A stretch of 64,000 nt of DNA. Origin: the human T2T-CHM13v2.0 reference genome, Homo sapiens. Position 1 is the stretch's first letter, and each line of letters begins with the position of its first letter. The notes under the pieces were generated by a model. The model saw only the letters and a list, made by a program, of their open reading frames with translations, was not told the origin of the DNA and did not search any database. The translations under genes and the position numbers were made by a program. Below are positions 1 through 12,589 of the stretch, piece after piece. The stretch is taken from NCBI RefSeq assembly GCF_009914755.1, contig NC_060931.1. One strand, 5' to 3'.

Positions 1-17
1 CATTTTTGTTTTTATAG

Positions 18-70
18 TATGTGCAGAAGCTTATAATCCTGATGAAGAAGAAGATGATGCAGAGTCCAGG
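18..70 (+). CDS. PRKAR2B: PRKAR2B coding exon (exon 3; (V)CAEAYNPDEEEDDAESR, linker after the inhibitor site)
   Basis: tttatag|TATGTGCAG...TCCAGG|gtatgt; 53 nt; translation matches the RII-beta linker. Confidence 0.96.
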
Positions 71-2369
71 GTATGTAATTTACTGAATGAATGAATTTTA
101 AATTGATGCCCTTGTCATATATAAGGAAAATAATCATAGAAAAGATTTAACAGGCATGTAGGTTAACAGGAGACATAATGGAATTATTTTGACTGTTTCT
201 TTTCCTAGTCTCATCTCCAATAGCCTACTCCTGCTGTGAGTCTTGCAGAATTATTTTTATCCAGAGAGTATTTCTCTTTACAAAATGTATCCTGGTGATG
301 AAAAGTGTTTTCAGCTGTCTTTCTCATAGTGATAATATTATTTTTCTTAGACAGTGTTTTTAGTAAACAAAAATACTGGGAAAGACCTTCTACGCCTATT
401 AATTTATAACAACGGAAAGTTACTCTGAAACAAACAAATCACGGTAAAATCACATCCAGTGTGTCAGTACAGCAGTTAGGATTATTTTTTAAATCTGTGA
501 GTCTTCATAGTTTGCTCAGCAGCTGACTTCTTGCAGGCCCTAATGTTTTTGTAAGAATTTGTCCACTGTGATTTCAGCAGTTTTTAAGCTATGTCTTTCA
601 GCTCAGTTCTACTATTTATTTAGTAAAAAGTAAACTAAAAGATGACTATGCCTGGAAATGGAAAGTAGTAATTTCTGCATCACCCTCCCCCCCTTTTTTT
701 GAGTACATGTGTTGCAAAAGTGCCTCTTGTTTCTTTGGCCTTAAACAGTATAAACAAAAACTTATTTTTGTAGCTCTGAAAAGTACATAAGTAAGATTGA
801 GGTTTCATGTGGAGAAGCAGCTACTACGTCCCTAAGTCATTACATCATTAAGCTCCTTGAAACTTATGTAAAATCCAGTGGTATCAGGAGGCTTACAACG
901 TGGAAGATCTTGAAATCTCATTTTATTCCTGGACCCATGGGGATTCCCACTACCAGGGTTGTGGAAGCTCATTTCTCACTATTAGAACTTCAGTTCTTTT
1001 CATGAAGTTTATAAATCCTAGCCTGGAAATGATGTTGTTTTAGGATTAAGGTATTTTTACTAATCTGTGATGTGCTGTTACCCCTCTGTATAGTCTGAAA
1101 AACTAGACCTTGCCTACCGTATACTTTATGTATCTAGCAGAAACAATACCGGGTGGCAATGAAGACAACATGCTTCTTTATATTTGTGTATAAATGAGTA
1201 TGATAAAATTTAGTAATTGAGATCAGAGCAATCGAGATGAGCTGGTTTAAATTAATAAAAACCTAAATTAATGAACATTTGCAATACAGTTTAAAAACAA
1301 TATGCAGTATCTCATTGATTCAAAAGCTGTTAGGCCTTGAATTTTAGCTGCCATTTAATTGATGAGGTAAATAAAGTGTTTTGGCAGGTTCACTCCAGCT
1401 AATTTCTAATAGTTTTGTTGGGGAGGCTATACCAGTTAAGATTCATTTGACTGTGTAAAACCTCACCCTATGGAGACAAATGTGAAAAAGAAAACACTGG
1501 GGAGAGATTATCAGACAAATGCTTGGAGATCATATTGAACTGCAGAAAGCGTTCAAAGGCCAAGCTGTAGGCCTGGCAGGCAGGAGCCAGCCCGCCTCTG
1601 GTGTCCATCAAGAGCAAGAGTGTAAGACTTAGCGTAGTGTCTTTGAAACGGGTTCAGCTACCCATCTCTATTACTGTGTCTCTCAGTTCAAAATTCCAAT
1701 TTCCAAAGAGTTTCTGATGGACCCAGCTTTGGCCCAGGGTAGGGCCAGGGTCAAAAAGTCCAACCTACTTGGGAACCACTTCTGTAAATAAGGGCAGTTA
1801 CTAGAGGAGGAGGAATCTTTGTGGGGTGTGTATTTACCCTAAGATCTGTCCCCTGTAACACCTTTTAAAGTTATATTTAATAGTTTTTTTGTTAATGTAT
1901 TATATGTTTGATTATAGCAAAGTACTTTTAGGTTATCAATTAGGTTGAGTATTCTCTCCTCTAAATGTGTTACTAAAAACTATACTTACTTTAGTCTCAA
2001 CAACTATGAAGCAAACCATACCACATGCTTGGGAATGATTATTACAGATTTCAAAATTATTTAGATGTAGAAGGATATTGGGAAATATCTATGAGGAAAA
2101 TGTATACTATATTGTGATAAAATTACATTTCATTTGGACATTTTGTATTACTTCTGAGACTCACCAAATCAGTAAGTCTGTAGTATAAACAGAAATTTAT
2201 CGTCTGATATGAATTCAAAGAAAATGTAAATACTTAAGACTCATTTTGGAAAATAACAGATTTTAGTTGGAATGCCTTTAATAAATGAAAATGTAAGGGT
2301 TATCTAGATCTAGCATGTAGAAACTGGTAGAGAAGAGCTAATAAGGGTAGAGTATTTCTTATGTTTCTC

Positions 2370-2540
2370 CACAAAAATTTTTTGGAGTTCCACCTGTATA
2401 TCTGGCCTGGTGCTAGGTGTAAAGTGGTGAGCAAATGGACAAGTCTCTGCCCTCTTGGAGCTTACAGTCTAGTGGCAGAAGCAGACAAGTGAATAAATTA
2501 GTGAAAAGTTAAAAAACATGAAGTGCTAAAGAAACAGTGA
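2370..2540 (-). mobile_element. L2 3'-end fragment
   Basis: gccctcttggagcttacagtctagtgg is typical of antisense L2. Confidence 0.55.
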
Positions 2541-2569
2541 AACAGTGTAGGAATCAAAACACAGCCCCC

Positions 2570-2786
2570 AAGCCTCTGGGTCAAGTGATTCTCATGCCTC
2601 AGCCTCCCGAGTAGCTGGGACTACAGGCATGCACCACCACATACCTGGCTAATTTCTGTATTTTTAGTAGAGATGGGGTTTCGCCCTGTTGGCCAGGCTG
2701 GTCTTGAACTCCTGGCCTCAAGTGATCCACTCACCTTGGCCTCCCAAACTGTTAGGATTACTGGCGTGAGCCACTGTGCCTGACCG
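2570..2786 (-). mobile_element. Alu (partial, lacking the 3' tail)
   Basis: Antisense Alu body: gcctcagcctcccgagtagctgggactacagg...gagccactgtgcc. Confidence 0.9.
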
Positions 2787-2887
2787 ATATACAGTGTTCT
2801 TTAAAGAAAATGTCTAAGTTAAAACCTTACTTGTTAACTGTTTTTCTAATTTTTTTTTTTTAATGGAAAGGCAGCAGAAATTTAGAG

Positions 2888-3246
2888 CAGAAGTTGGCAA
2901 ACTTTTTTTGGTAAATTTTTTTTTAACTGAAAAATGCACTATTTTCAGAGAGTAAATATTTTAGGCTTTGGGGAGTCATGGGGTCTCCTTTGCAACTACT
3001 CAGTTCTGCTATAGTAGCTTGAAAGCAGCTGTAGGTAATACATCAATGAAAGGCATGTCTGTTGGGTTACATTAAAACTTTATGACGCTTGAATTTGAAT
3101 TTAATATAGATTTTATGTGTCAGGAAATATTATCATTTGTTTGATTTTTTTTCCCCCAGTCATTAAAAAAATGTAAAATTATTCTTAGCCTAGAGGCCAT
3201 ACATACAAAAACAGCTTTGCCTGCAGGTGTAGTTTGCTGATCCCTG
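2888..3246. mobile_element. MER58B-like hAT DNA transposon relic
   Basis: gttggcaaact...gtaaatattttaggctttg...caactactcag...tagtttgctgatccctg. Confidence 0.65.
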
Positions 3247-3254
3247 GTTTAGAA

Positions 3255-3470
3255 TATAGACTCTGTAGCTGGCCTGGCTGGCATGAATTCTGGCTCTGCA
3301 CCTTGTGGACTGGATGACATTGGACAAGTGATTTGGGCAAGTTGATTTCCTTAACTCTAAATTTCTTAACCTGCTTCATGGGATCTGTCACTAGGATAAA
3401 ATGAGTTAATATTAGTAAAGCCCTTAGAATAGTACCTGGCATGTATTTATGCTATGTTTGTTTAACAAAT
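3255..3470 (+). mobile_element. MIR
   Basis: gtgatttgggcaagtt...taaagcccttagaatagtacctggca. Confidence 0.6.
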
Positions 3471-3872
3471 AAAATTTTTATCTGAAATCAGGAATGAATT
3501 TTAATGAAAACCAAAGTGGCCTCTAGTACACTAAAATCACACTTTGGGTGTATTGCTGAGGCCTCAGTGATCCAGAGAGAGATCCCTTAGGTGGGATCAT
3601 GCTAAGCCCCAGAGGAAAAATGTAGGAGAGCATCTTCAGAGCAGGTGGCTGCAGTACAGAGGAGCTGGAGTGTCAGAGACCACACCCGCTTTCTGGCTGT
3701 TTACTTTCCCCAGTGAAGAGGGATTTTACCGACGAGGTTAATTACAGAGAGTGGACTCTGAGTGCTGAGGAGTAATGGCAGGGTGAGGGAAAAGGGAAAC
3801 AGGAGGAGAGCAGTAGACCATAGTGATGGAGGTGGGGCTGAGAAAAAAAATACTACTTAGAAATGGTGATTG

Positions 3873-4176
3873 GGCTGGGTGCAGCGGCTCATGCCTGTAA
3901 TCTTAGCAGTTTGGGAGGCCAAGGCGGGTGGATCATGAGGTCAGGAGTTTGAGACCAGCCTGGCCAAGATGGTGAAACCCTGTCTCTAATAAAAATACAA
4001 AAATTAGCTGGGCACAGTGGCAGGCACTTGTAATCCCAGCTACTCAGGAGGCTGAGGCAGGAGAGTCGCTTGAACCCGGGAGGCAAAGGTTGTAGGGAAC
4101 CGAGTGCACCACCACTGCACTTTAGCCTGGGTGACAGAGCAAGACTGTGTCTTAAAAAAAAAAAAAAAAAAAAAAA
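3873..4176 (+). mobile_element. AluS
   Basis: Full dimer with A-tail. Confidence 0.95.
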
Positions 4177-4178
4177 GA

Positions 4179-4513
<335 letters not shown>

Positions 4514-6277
4514 TCATTGGTACGAGAGGTAGCAGGAAGAAGAGAGAAGAGGAAAAAGCTGGATTTCTGTGTGAAGGCTTATAGGAATTGAATGGGTTGG
4601 AGAGAAAGACATAAAGTTGACCAGAGCGAAGCAGGTGCACGATACTGATGCCTGATGCACTCTCCTCTCCCCCCTTTCCTTTCTGAGAACAGCTTCTCAG
4701 CAGGCAGACATCTCGGTTGCTTTGGTTTGAAGTTCTAGATGGATTTTGTGAAGTGAGAAATGACTTTCTGTTTTGTTTTAGTGTGTTAGCCTTCCTTATT
4801 TGAAGTAGGAGGAAGTGAAGTTTGGTTGGTGTGGTTTGGTTAATACCTGAATTTTAAAGGTTTCTTATGCAGCAGTGAATGAGAAGTCCCTGGGATCTAC
4901 TTTGTCTGTGTTTGTGTGTCATCTTAGAATCTAGTTTGAGATGAATATTGGGCAGATAGTAAACAAAGGTTTACATCTACCTTACCCTTAGAGGGGAAAG
5001 TGCAGTGACCCTTTCTCTTACTAGCTAGTAGTTCTTTCATGTAGTCTTTACATAATGCAAATAAATGGTATATATATCAATAGTTTACATATAAATAGTT
5101 TAGCAATACTATAAGTTTCCCCAATTCTTTTCAGGCTTATAATTTTCATTAATTTTTAGCCATCTGATGTGGTTTGAAATGCTGATTTAAATTTCCCATT
5201 GTGAGTTTTGATGTTTGTGGCTATAAACTCCACTGCTGCCTGATTCTGTGAGCTCTGATGCTCTGATGGTAGGGCAGGCTGCCTGAAGAGGCAAGGTACC
5301 TGCCCATCAGCTCTTGTGGTCACTCTTTGAGTGAGCATTGGAATAGGAAAGGGTGGTGTGTAGGTCTTCAGGAAAACCAACTCCGTGTCTGCTGCTTTTA
5401 GGACTACCCCTTGCCCCTCTAACTCATTTTATAGTTACAAACTGTTCATGTTCACAAAAGAGTGGACCTTTTGGTCCAAGTCAGTTGAGCCTCCTGCTAG
5501 TGAAAAGGGACTCGAGAGATAGCAAGCCACACTTACACACACGGCATTCTGCCACTCTTCACACTCTAGAATACAAGTTTAGTGAGAATATAGCACACTA
5601 GTTTCCTTGAGTTCCTTCTGAAATCAGTGCACCAGCCAGCCTCCTTGGACTCTTTTTCCCTGGAACACATATTCTCTTGGAGTGGCAGTGCATGATTGTT
5701 TGCTCCCTTCTAAAAATCACTTGCTCGCTGTGGGGCAGGTACATACCACATGTGTAAAAATATATTCGGCATCTAATGCCATATACATTTAAACATTTTA
5801 CTTCTTTCCAGGGACCTTATCAAGATTCAAAAGAAAGAATTACATCCTGAAAGAGTATTAAACTCAGTAGAAACAGAATGACAGCAGTCCAAATTTTCAG
5901 TGTAGCTGCTGGCACCTGTTGTCCTTTTGTACGGGTCCCCACTGGCTGGGAGCTTTGGAATCTTCCTAGCCAGTCACAGTTGTGTGCATAATGAACTTGC
6001 TAACCTAGGGGAAAATATGCTTTTGAAAAACATTTCAGTGCTATATTGATGAATGGATACCAACCTCCCCCGAACAAGGTGAATTATGTTCCCCTACTTG
6101 GTAGGCTCATAAGTTACCAGTCACCAAAAGTGAATCTCAGCACCAACCTGAAGCAAACTTGAGCGCTAACAGTTCTTCTTTCTAATGTTGGTTCTGATTT
6201 TTGTTAGTTTTTAAAATCTCTTTGAGTGAGATGGTATTGGCTAATGTCTTTGTTTTTTAAATCTGATGTCCTTTTAG

Positions 6278-6361
6278 ATTATACATCCAAAAACTGATGA
6301 TCAAAGAAATAGGTTGCAAGAGGCTTGCAAAGACATCCTGCTGTTTAAGAATCTGGATCCG
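6278..6361 (+). CDS. PRKAR2B: PRKAR2B exon 4 ([28 protein letters not shown])
   Basis: cttttag|ATT...CCG|gtaaga; 84 nt, phase 0/0. Confidence 0.97.
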
Positions 6362-7621
6362 GTAAGATAAATCTTAATAATAGAAATGGCTTTGTTTTTT
6401 CCCCCAGTGACAGTGTCAAGAACTGTACAGGGTCTTGAGTTTTGCCCTCTTTGTAAGCTGACATCACCCTGGGGTGATGGTAAAGGCCCCCTTGCGGATG
6501 CTTGAATGCACAGTAGGTTGAACTGCAGGAGAGGAATATTGAGTTTGGGGGAATATACTGCTGTTGGAGCAAGAAGTAAAGAAGCCTGAGGTGTTTGTCC
6601 TGTGGAAGATATTCTCTCATCTCTCAAGATGTTATCTCAGGGCTACAAAAACAGCCCTGAGAAATGGCACAGGTAAAAAGATGGTAGGAACTTGCCCTCT
6701 TCGTACCCATCAGGAATATGCAGGGATGCTCAGGGCCCATGGAGGATTGTTTCTCTTTACAGCCAGTGGTAGTAATTATATTTGAATGTGTATAAACTCA
6801 TTATCTGTGTATTATACAGATTAAAAGTAATATTTCACTTGGCTTTAAGGTGAGGTTTTTTTTTTTTTTTTTTTTGGTCCTTTATAAGGATTTGGAAATC
6901 TCTAATTTTTGGGTTCGGTATTTCTAGAATACCCACTCTTGGTATGAGTGCACGTGCTGTTCAGACTTTGTCTTGCACTGTGATGTACATATTCTGCTTC
7001 CTTCATCTCAGATTATGCTTAGTCATTGCTGTATAGTTATTTAGGAGTGAACCTCTGCTGCCATATTCCAAATGTGAAAATAGAGTCAACTTTTGTAACT
7101 TACCTCGACTTTTTTATTTGGTCAAACTCAACATCTTCAAGTTTTTGGTGATGCCCTAGAGGAGAAGCATTAAATCAATACCTGCTCTTTTTAAAATGAG
7201 GTCTTCTTAAAAAGGACGTTTTTATAAAGATTCATGTACTGCATCATACCAGTTATATACTGCGTCATATTTACAGTCTGAAATATTTTAAAAATCTCTT
7301 TTGTTTCTAGTGTAATTTATGTTTATATTACGTCTTCCAGAACACAGTACATTGTGTGACTTTGGAGATTTATGTTAGGCCCACACATTACGAGTTTGTA
7401 TGTCCATCTCTGAGTCTCCATTACTGGCTTTGATAGGCCTAAATTTGACCAGACCCAGGATCCATCAGTCACTTCATCTGTCCATTGTCTGAGGGCAGGA
7501 ACTGTGTCTTTTGTATCTTTGCATCACTCTGTAAGTAGCAGATGGCTCACGGCCCTGTACGCGCACTAGGCTCTCAAAAGAAAACATGGGACTGAGACAA
7601 GAATGCTTTAAGTTATCCTTT

Positions 7622-8170
7622 TGTTACAGGAAAGAGGTCCTCATCCAGACCCCAAGAGAGGGTTCTTGGATCTCGCACAAAAATGAATTCAGGGTGAGTC
7701 TGTAAAGTGAAAACAAGTTTATTAAGAAAGTGAAGGAATAAAACAATGGCTACTCCATAGACAGAGCAGCCCCGAGAGCTGCTGGTTGCCCATTTTTATG
7801 GTTATTTCTTGATGATATGCTAAACAAGGGGTGGATTATTCATGCCTCCCCTTTTTAGATCATATAGGGTAACTTCCTGACATTGCCATGGCATTTGTAA
7901 ACTGTCATGGTTCTGGTGGGAGTGTGGCAGTGAGGATGACCAGAGGTCACTCTCGTCACCATCTCGACTTTGGTGGGTTTTGGCTGGCTTCTTGACTGCA
8001 ACCTGTTTTATCAGCAAGATCTTTATGACCTGTATCTTGTGCTGACCTTCAGTCTCATCCTGTGACTTAGAATGCCTTAACCATCTGGGAATGCAGCCCA
8101 GTAGGTTTCAGCCTTATTTTACCCAGCTCCTATTCAAGATGGAGTTGCTCTGGTTCATGCACCTCGGACA
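7622..8170 (-). mobile_element. MER41A solo LTR (ERV1)
   Basis: 549 bp, TG...CA ends, 4-bp TSD CTTT (7618-7621 and 8171-8174); reverse complement matches the recalled MER41A consensus (GAACCAGAGCAACTCCATCTTGAATAGGAGCTGGGTAAAAT...). Confidence 0.85.
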
Positions 8171-8287
8171 CTTTTATAGTTATCTAAGTATACATATTTA
8201 ATCCTAAATAATAGTTTTGGATAGATTTGTAATAAAATGATGGTGTTTAAGTAATATCTAATTCAAGTCTTGTTAAAAGTTATGCCG

Positions 8288-8633
<346 letters not shown>

Positions 8634-8999
8634 TTACAGTCTCATGGTATGAATTCAGTAGTTCAGAGTGGCCCTGATAGATCCTTGTCCATTCAAGTTT
8701 GTTTGCTCAGTTCATTCAATCCACGTTTGCCGAGTACCATCACTTACCAGCAGTGGGAGTTAGTGCTGAGGAAGCAAAGACCTGGTTCAGTACCCTGAGT
8801 TGATATCAAAGCTAGCCTATGGATCCCATGTTCTCTAAGGCAAGGACCAATGTAGTATTTAACTCTTTTGCTCCGGAGGCACACAGAAGGCAGTGGTAAA
8901 ATTAATCCTTACTTTTACACTTAGAGGTAGGCTTTATTCAAGAAGTCTGTATTTTTTGACTAGAACTTTACATGGGAGAATTTCAGAGGTCACCAAAAA

Positions 9000-9160
9000 C
9001 AGTGCTCTCAAGCTTTAATATGCTGATGTATCATCAGGGGATCTTGTTAAAATGCAGATTTGGATTCTCATGGTCTGGAGTGGAGCCTGAAAAGTCTGCA
9101 TTTCTCACAAGCTCCCAGGTAATGTTGATGTTCTTGGCCCACAACATACTTTGAATACCA
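9000..9160. mobile_element. MER5-family hAT MITE
   Basis: cttgttaaaatgcagatt...tctgcatttctcacaagctcccaggt. Confidence 0.7.
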
Positions 9161-10009
9161 AAGACTAGAGCTAGATGTGAAAATGTTCAAGTTCAGTATT
9201 TGGTTACTGTTACATGTGTTATGTTTGCATGCTTTCCTATTCAATGAACCAGTATTTTAATGCTTCAGCGGGGACTAAGTCGTGAAATTCTGGTGTCTGT
9301 AGGGTTAAGTGACACACAGGCATAAATCGTTGCTAATTATGCTTTCCTGGGATGTTGTCTCTTCTGTTCTGTCTTCTAAATTAATTGATCTTCCTTGCCA
9401 TTTCAACTTTAGCTCTTTAAAAGCATTGTGAAAATTTTGGTTGCATTTTAAATTATTAATATTTAAGAAAGCTTTTGCTAATACAGTCTGGCAAGGAGCA
9501 TCTTTGCTTAGTGTGATTATTTTGTAAACATAAGAGTTCTTTTAGACTTTTTTTCACTGCTTTGCTGAAGGTCAATATGTATTTTAAAAACCAACACATA
9601 GAGGGAAAAAACATCCAGTTTCTGAATTGTCATGATCGAATGTTTTATAGAGAAGAAGCAAATGTATATACATAGTAGTTTTCAGAAGACCTTTTTTTTG
9701 AATTTGAGCTCAGACCACCTTGAATGACTCCCTTACTATTTAAATCCTTCCAGAGATGATATAGGATATAAGTAAGTAAAATTTATTTTTCTCAGCAAAT
9801 TACCACCTGGAATAAGACATTTAGCCCAAAACATGGCAGATTAGAGGTTTTAGTTTAAGCTCATATTGTAAAGTAGCTTTCTAGTTTTTTATGATACACA
9901 TTATTTACAATAACCCAAATGTGTTTTAATTGAATTACATATTCAGCTTATATAATCTGCTTATCATGCAGCTCCTTTCATTTTAATTTCTTGACTACTA
10001 TGTTTCAAG

Positions 10010-10790
10010 ACCTGTTTAAAGTGTTGGAGGCCACAAAGATATTTAGAGATGGTTGTTGTCCTTTTGGAATTTATAGTTTAATGAGAGTACAAACACATCT
10101 GCAAAGCATGTTGGGAAAACATGATATATTGCTGTAATATGGTCAGGGCATGGTGAGAAGATGTCTGTCTCTTAGCTTACCCTAACAGTTCAGAAAGCTG
10201 GAAAGGTCACTGAGCTGTGCCCTCTGAAAATGAGGAGGGAATCACCAGGTGAGGAAAAGTACAGAATGTTATCACTAGAGCCTAAAGTGGCAACCATCCA
10301 GTGATGGATGGCCTCCATCTAGTGATGGGAGTGATGGAGCTAAGATGTGGATGCTTTATCAGGAAGGCCCATTCTTTCTCGAATGCTATGCTGTGGCACT
10401 GGACTGCCTTGTAGGCAGTGGGCACAGCTGAAGAGTTTTAGTCAGAGAATGTAACTATCAGATTTATCTAAGGTCACTTTGGTGGTAATGTCGAAGATGG
10501 AGTTAAAGAGGGGAGAAAAACAGGGGAAGCAGACAAGAACAAAAGAGTGAAGCCCAGTAAGAAAACGAGGTCATGATCTAGGGAAGAGAAATGGGCCTGA
10601 ACTCCAGGGAAGGGGGAAAGGGACAGACAGAAAAGAATGGTTTCACAAAAAAGGGTTAACAGAACTTGGTACTTGGTGATTGATTTAGTTGGGGACTGAA
10701 GGAAAGAATCTAGGATGGCTCCCAGTGTCTAGCTGGAGTGACTGCGAAGTTGCCACCTTTTCCTGAAATGGGAAAACTTGAAGGAGGAAG
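10010..10790 (-). mobile_element. L2 fragment
   Basis: Degenerate purine-rich antisense L2 (gtaggcagtggg...gaagagttttagtcagagaatg...acttggtgattgatt). Confidence 0.55.
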
Positions 10791-12092
10791 GGGAAACTAA
10801 TTAGTAATTAGCAAGAAGAATGATCTTGGCTTTGTGTCTACTATTTCATTTGAATTTCCCGAAGTCATTATTTAGCTTGAAAATCTTACACTTCCTAGAC
10901 TTCAGAAAATTTTTCCTTAGAGAGCTGTATATTCATATGTTGAGCACAGCATTTATAATTATTAATCTCTTTGAAGATATTCTTTTCATGAATATTTTAA
11001 TGCTCCACTCAGTAGGCCATTTTCCTCCTGAAATATTTCTAATTTGAGGCTAACTGAAATAATTTTCTTAGGCTATATGATAGGCTCTTTCATTAATGAA
11101 GAGTAAATTGTTATTTCTTAAGTGAGTCAGAGCCCTTTACTGAGCTCAGTCTTGAATTGGCATTCTGTAGGAGAATTAGATGTGGATTTCCTACAGTAGT
11201 TGTCAGTTATCATGATAAGCCTCTGCATATTAAATATTTCCTAAGTTCTTTTCACTCTGTGCATAATTATGGGGAAATTACATTTTGATTGACTAGAACA
11301 GACACCTGTCTGTATTTTATCAGGAATTGCCTTTTCATATATCCGTGTATGAATTCTTCAGTTTTATAATGTTTTCAAATGCAGCTAATTCCAACATCAC
11401 AAAATAGTTACTATAGCAATTTATTTCATCTTTTTTCCCCATTTGACATTTAGAGTCAGAACTAATCAATAAAGCTGATGTTCACCCTCTACCTGCCTTA
11501 AAAAAGTCAATATATAAATAGCAAGCAAAACAATATATTAGTAAATCATTTAATCAACCTTTAGAATTTTGATTGGTGACCATATGTTGCCTGAGTTGAT
11601 GAACTCATTTGGGTAGAATGGTCCCTGTGGGGCCAATTAGCACTACATCACGAAAGGGCTGTTTCACTGCTACCTTGGCTTCATCTTCAACCTTGGCTGC
11701 TGTTCCACAAAAAGATGCCAGAGCTCACACAGGGACCCAAGGAGGGGACGAAAACTGCTTCCTGCAAACCCATCACCATCATTCTTCCAAAAGTTTTTCT
11801 TAGCCTATATGAAGATGTAAAATTATGTTCTCAGTTTAATTAGAGTTTTTTTAGTTAATTAAAAAATATAAATCAGTATACATGTAAAATTGACAAACAT
11901 TCAAAAAGAACAAAAGAGTAGTCAGTGAAAGGAAATCTCCTTTTCACCTTTGCCTCTCAGAAACCCAGTTTCTCAGGAACTATGTTCTTTTAGTACTATC
12001 TTGTATATTTTTGCAGGGTCATGCAATGCACATACAAATATATTCTTTTTCAAATTTTGGTGGCAGCAGAATAGACATACTGTTATGCCCTG

Positions 12093-12398
12093 TTTTTTTT
12101 TGTTGTTGTTGTTGTTTTTTGAGAGTCTCGCTCTGTTGCCCAGGTTGGAGTGTAGTGGCACGATCATGGCTCACTGCAACCTCCGCCTCCTGGGTTCAAG
12201 TGATTCTTGTACCTCAGCCTTCTGAGTAGCTGGGACTACAGGTGTGCACCACCATGGCCAGCTAATTTTTGTATTTTTAGTAGACATGGAGTTTGACTAT
12301 GTTGGCCAGGCTGGTCTGGAATTCTTGGCCTCAAGTGATCTGCCTGCCTCAGCCTCCCAAAGTGCTGGGATTATAGGTGTGAGCTACCGTGCCTGGCC
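12093..12398 (-). mobile_element. Alu (J/S) with a (TTG)n tail
   Basis: Full antisense dimer; degenerate TSD tgcc(c/t)tgtt. Confidence 0.93.
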
Positions 12399-12589
12399 TG
12401 CCTTGTTCTTTTCAAATTTAACAATATATTAGTATTTATAGAGGTTCCATATTCTTTTTAAAAAATATTTTCATCAGCATTGTTTATACAAGTTTAAACT
12501 ATTAGCTTTTATGTATTATAAAGCTAAATCATGATAACACATTAATGTTTTGCTGTTGCCACTATGTTATAATTGTACATATAACAGCA

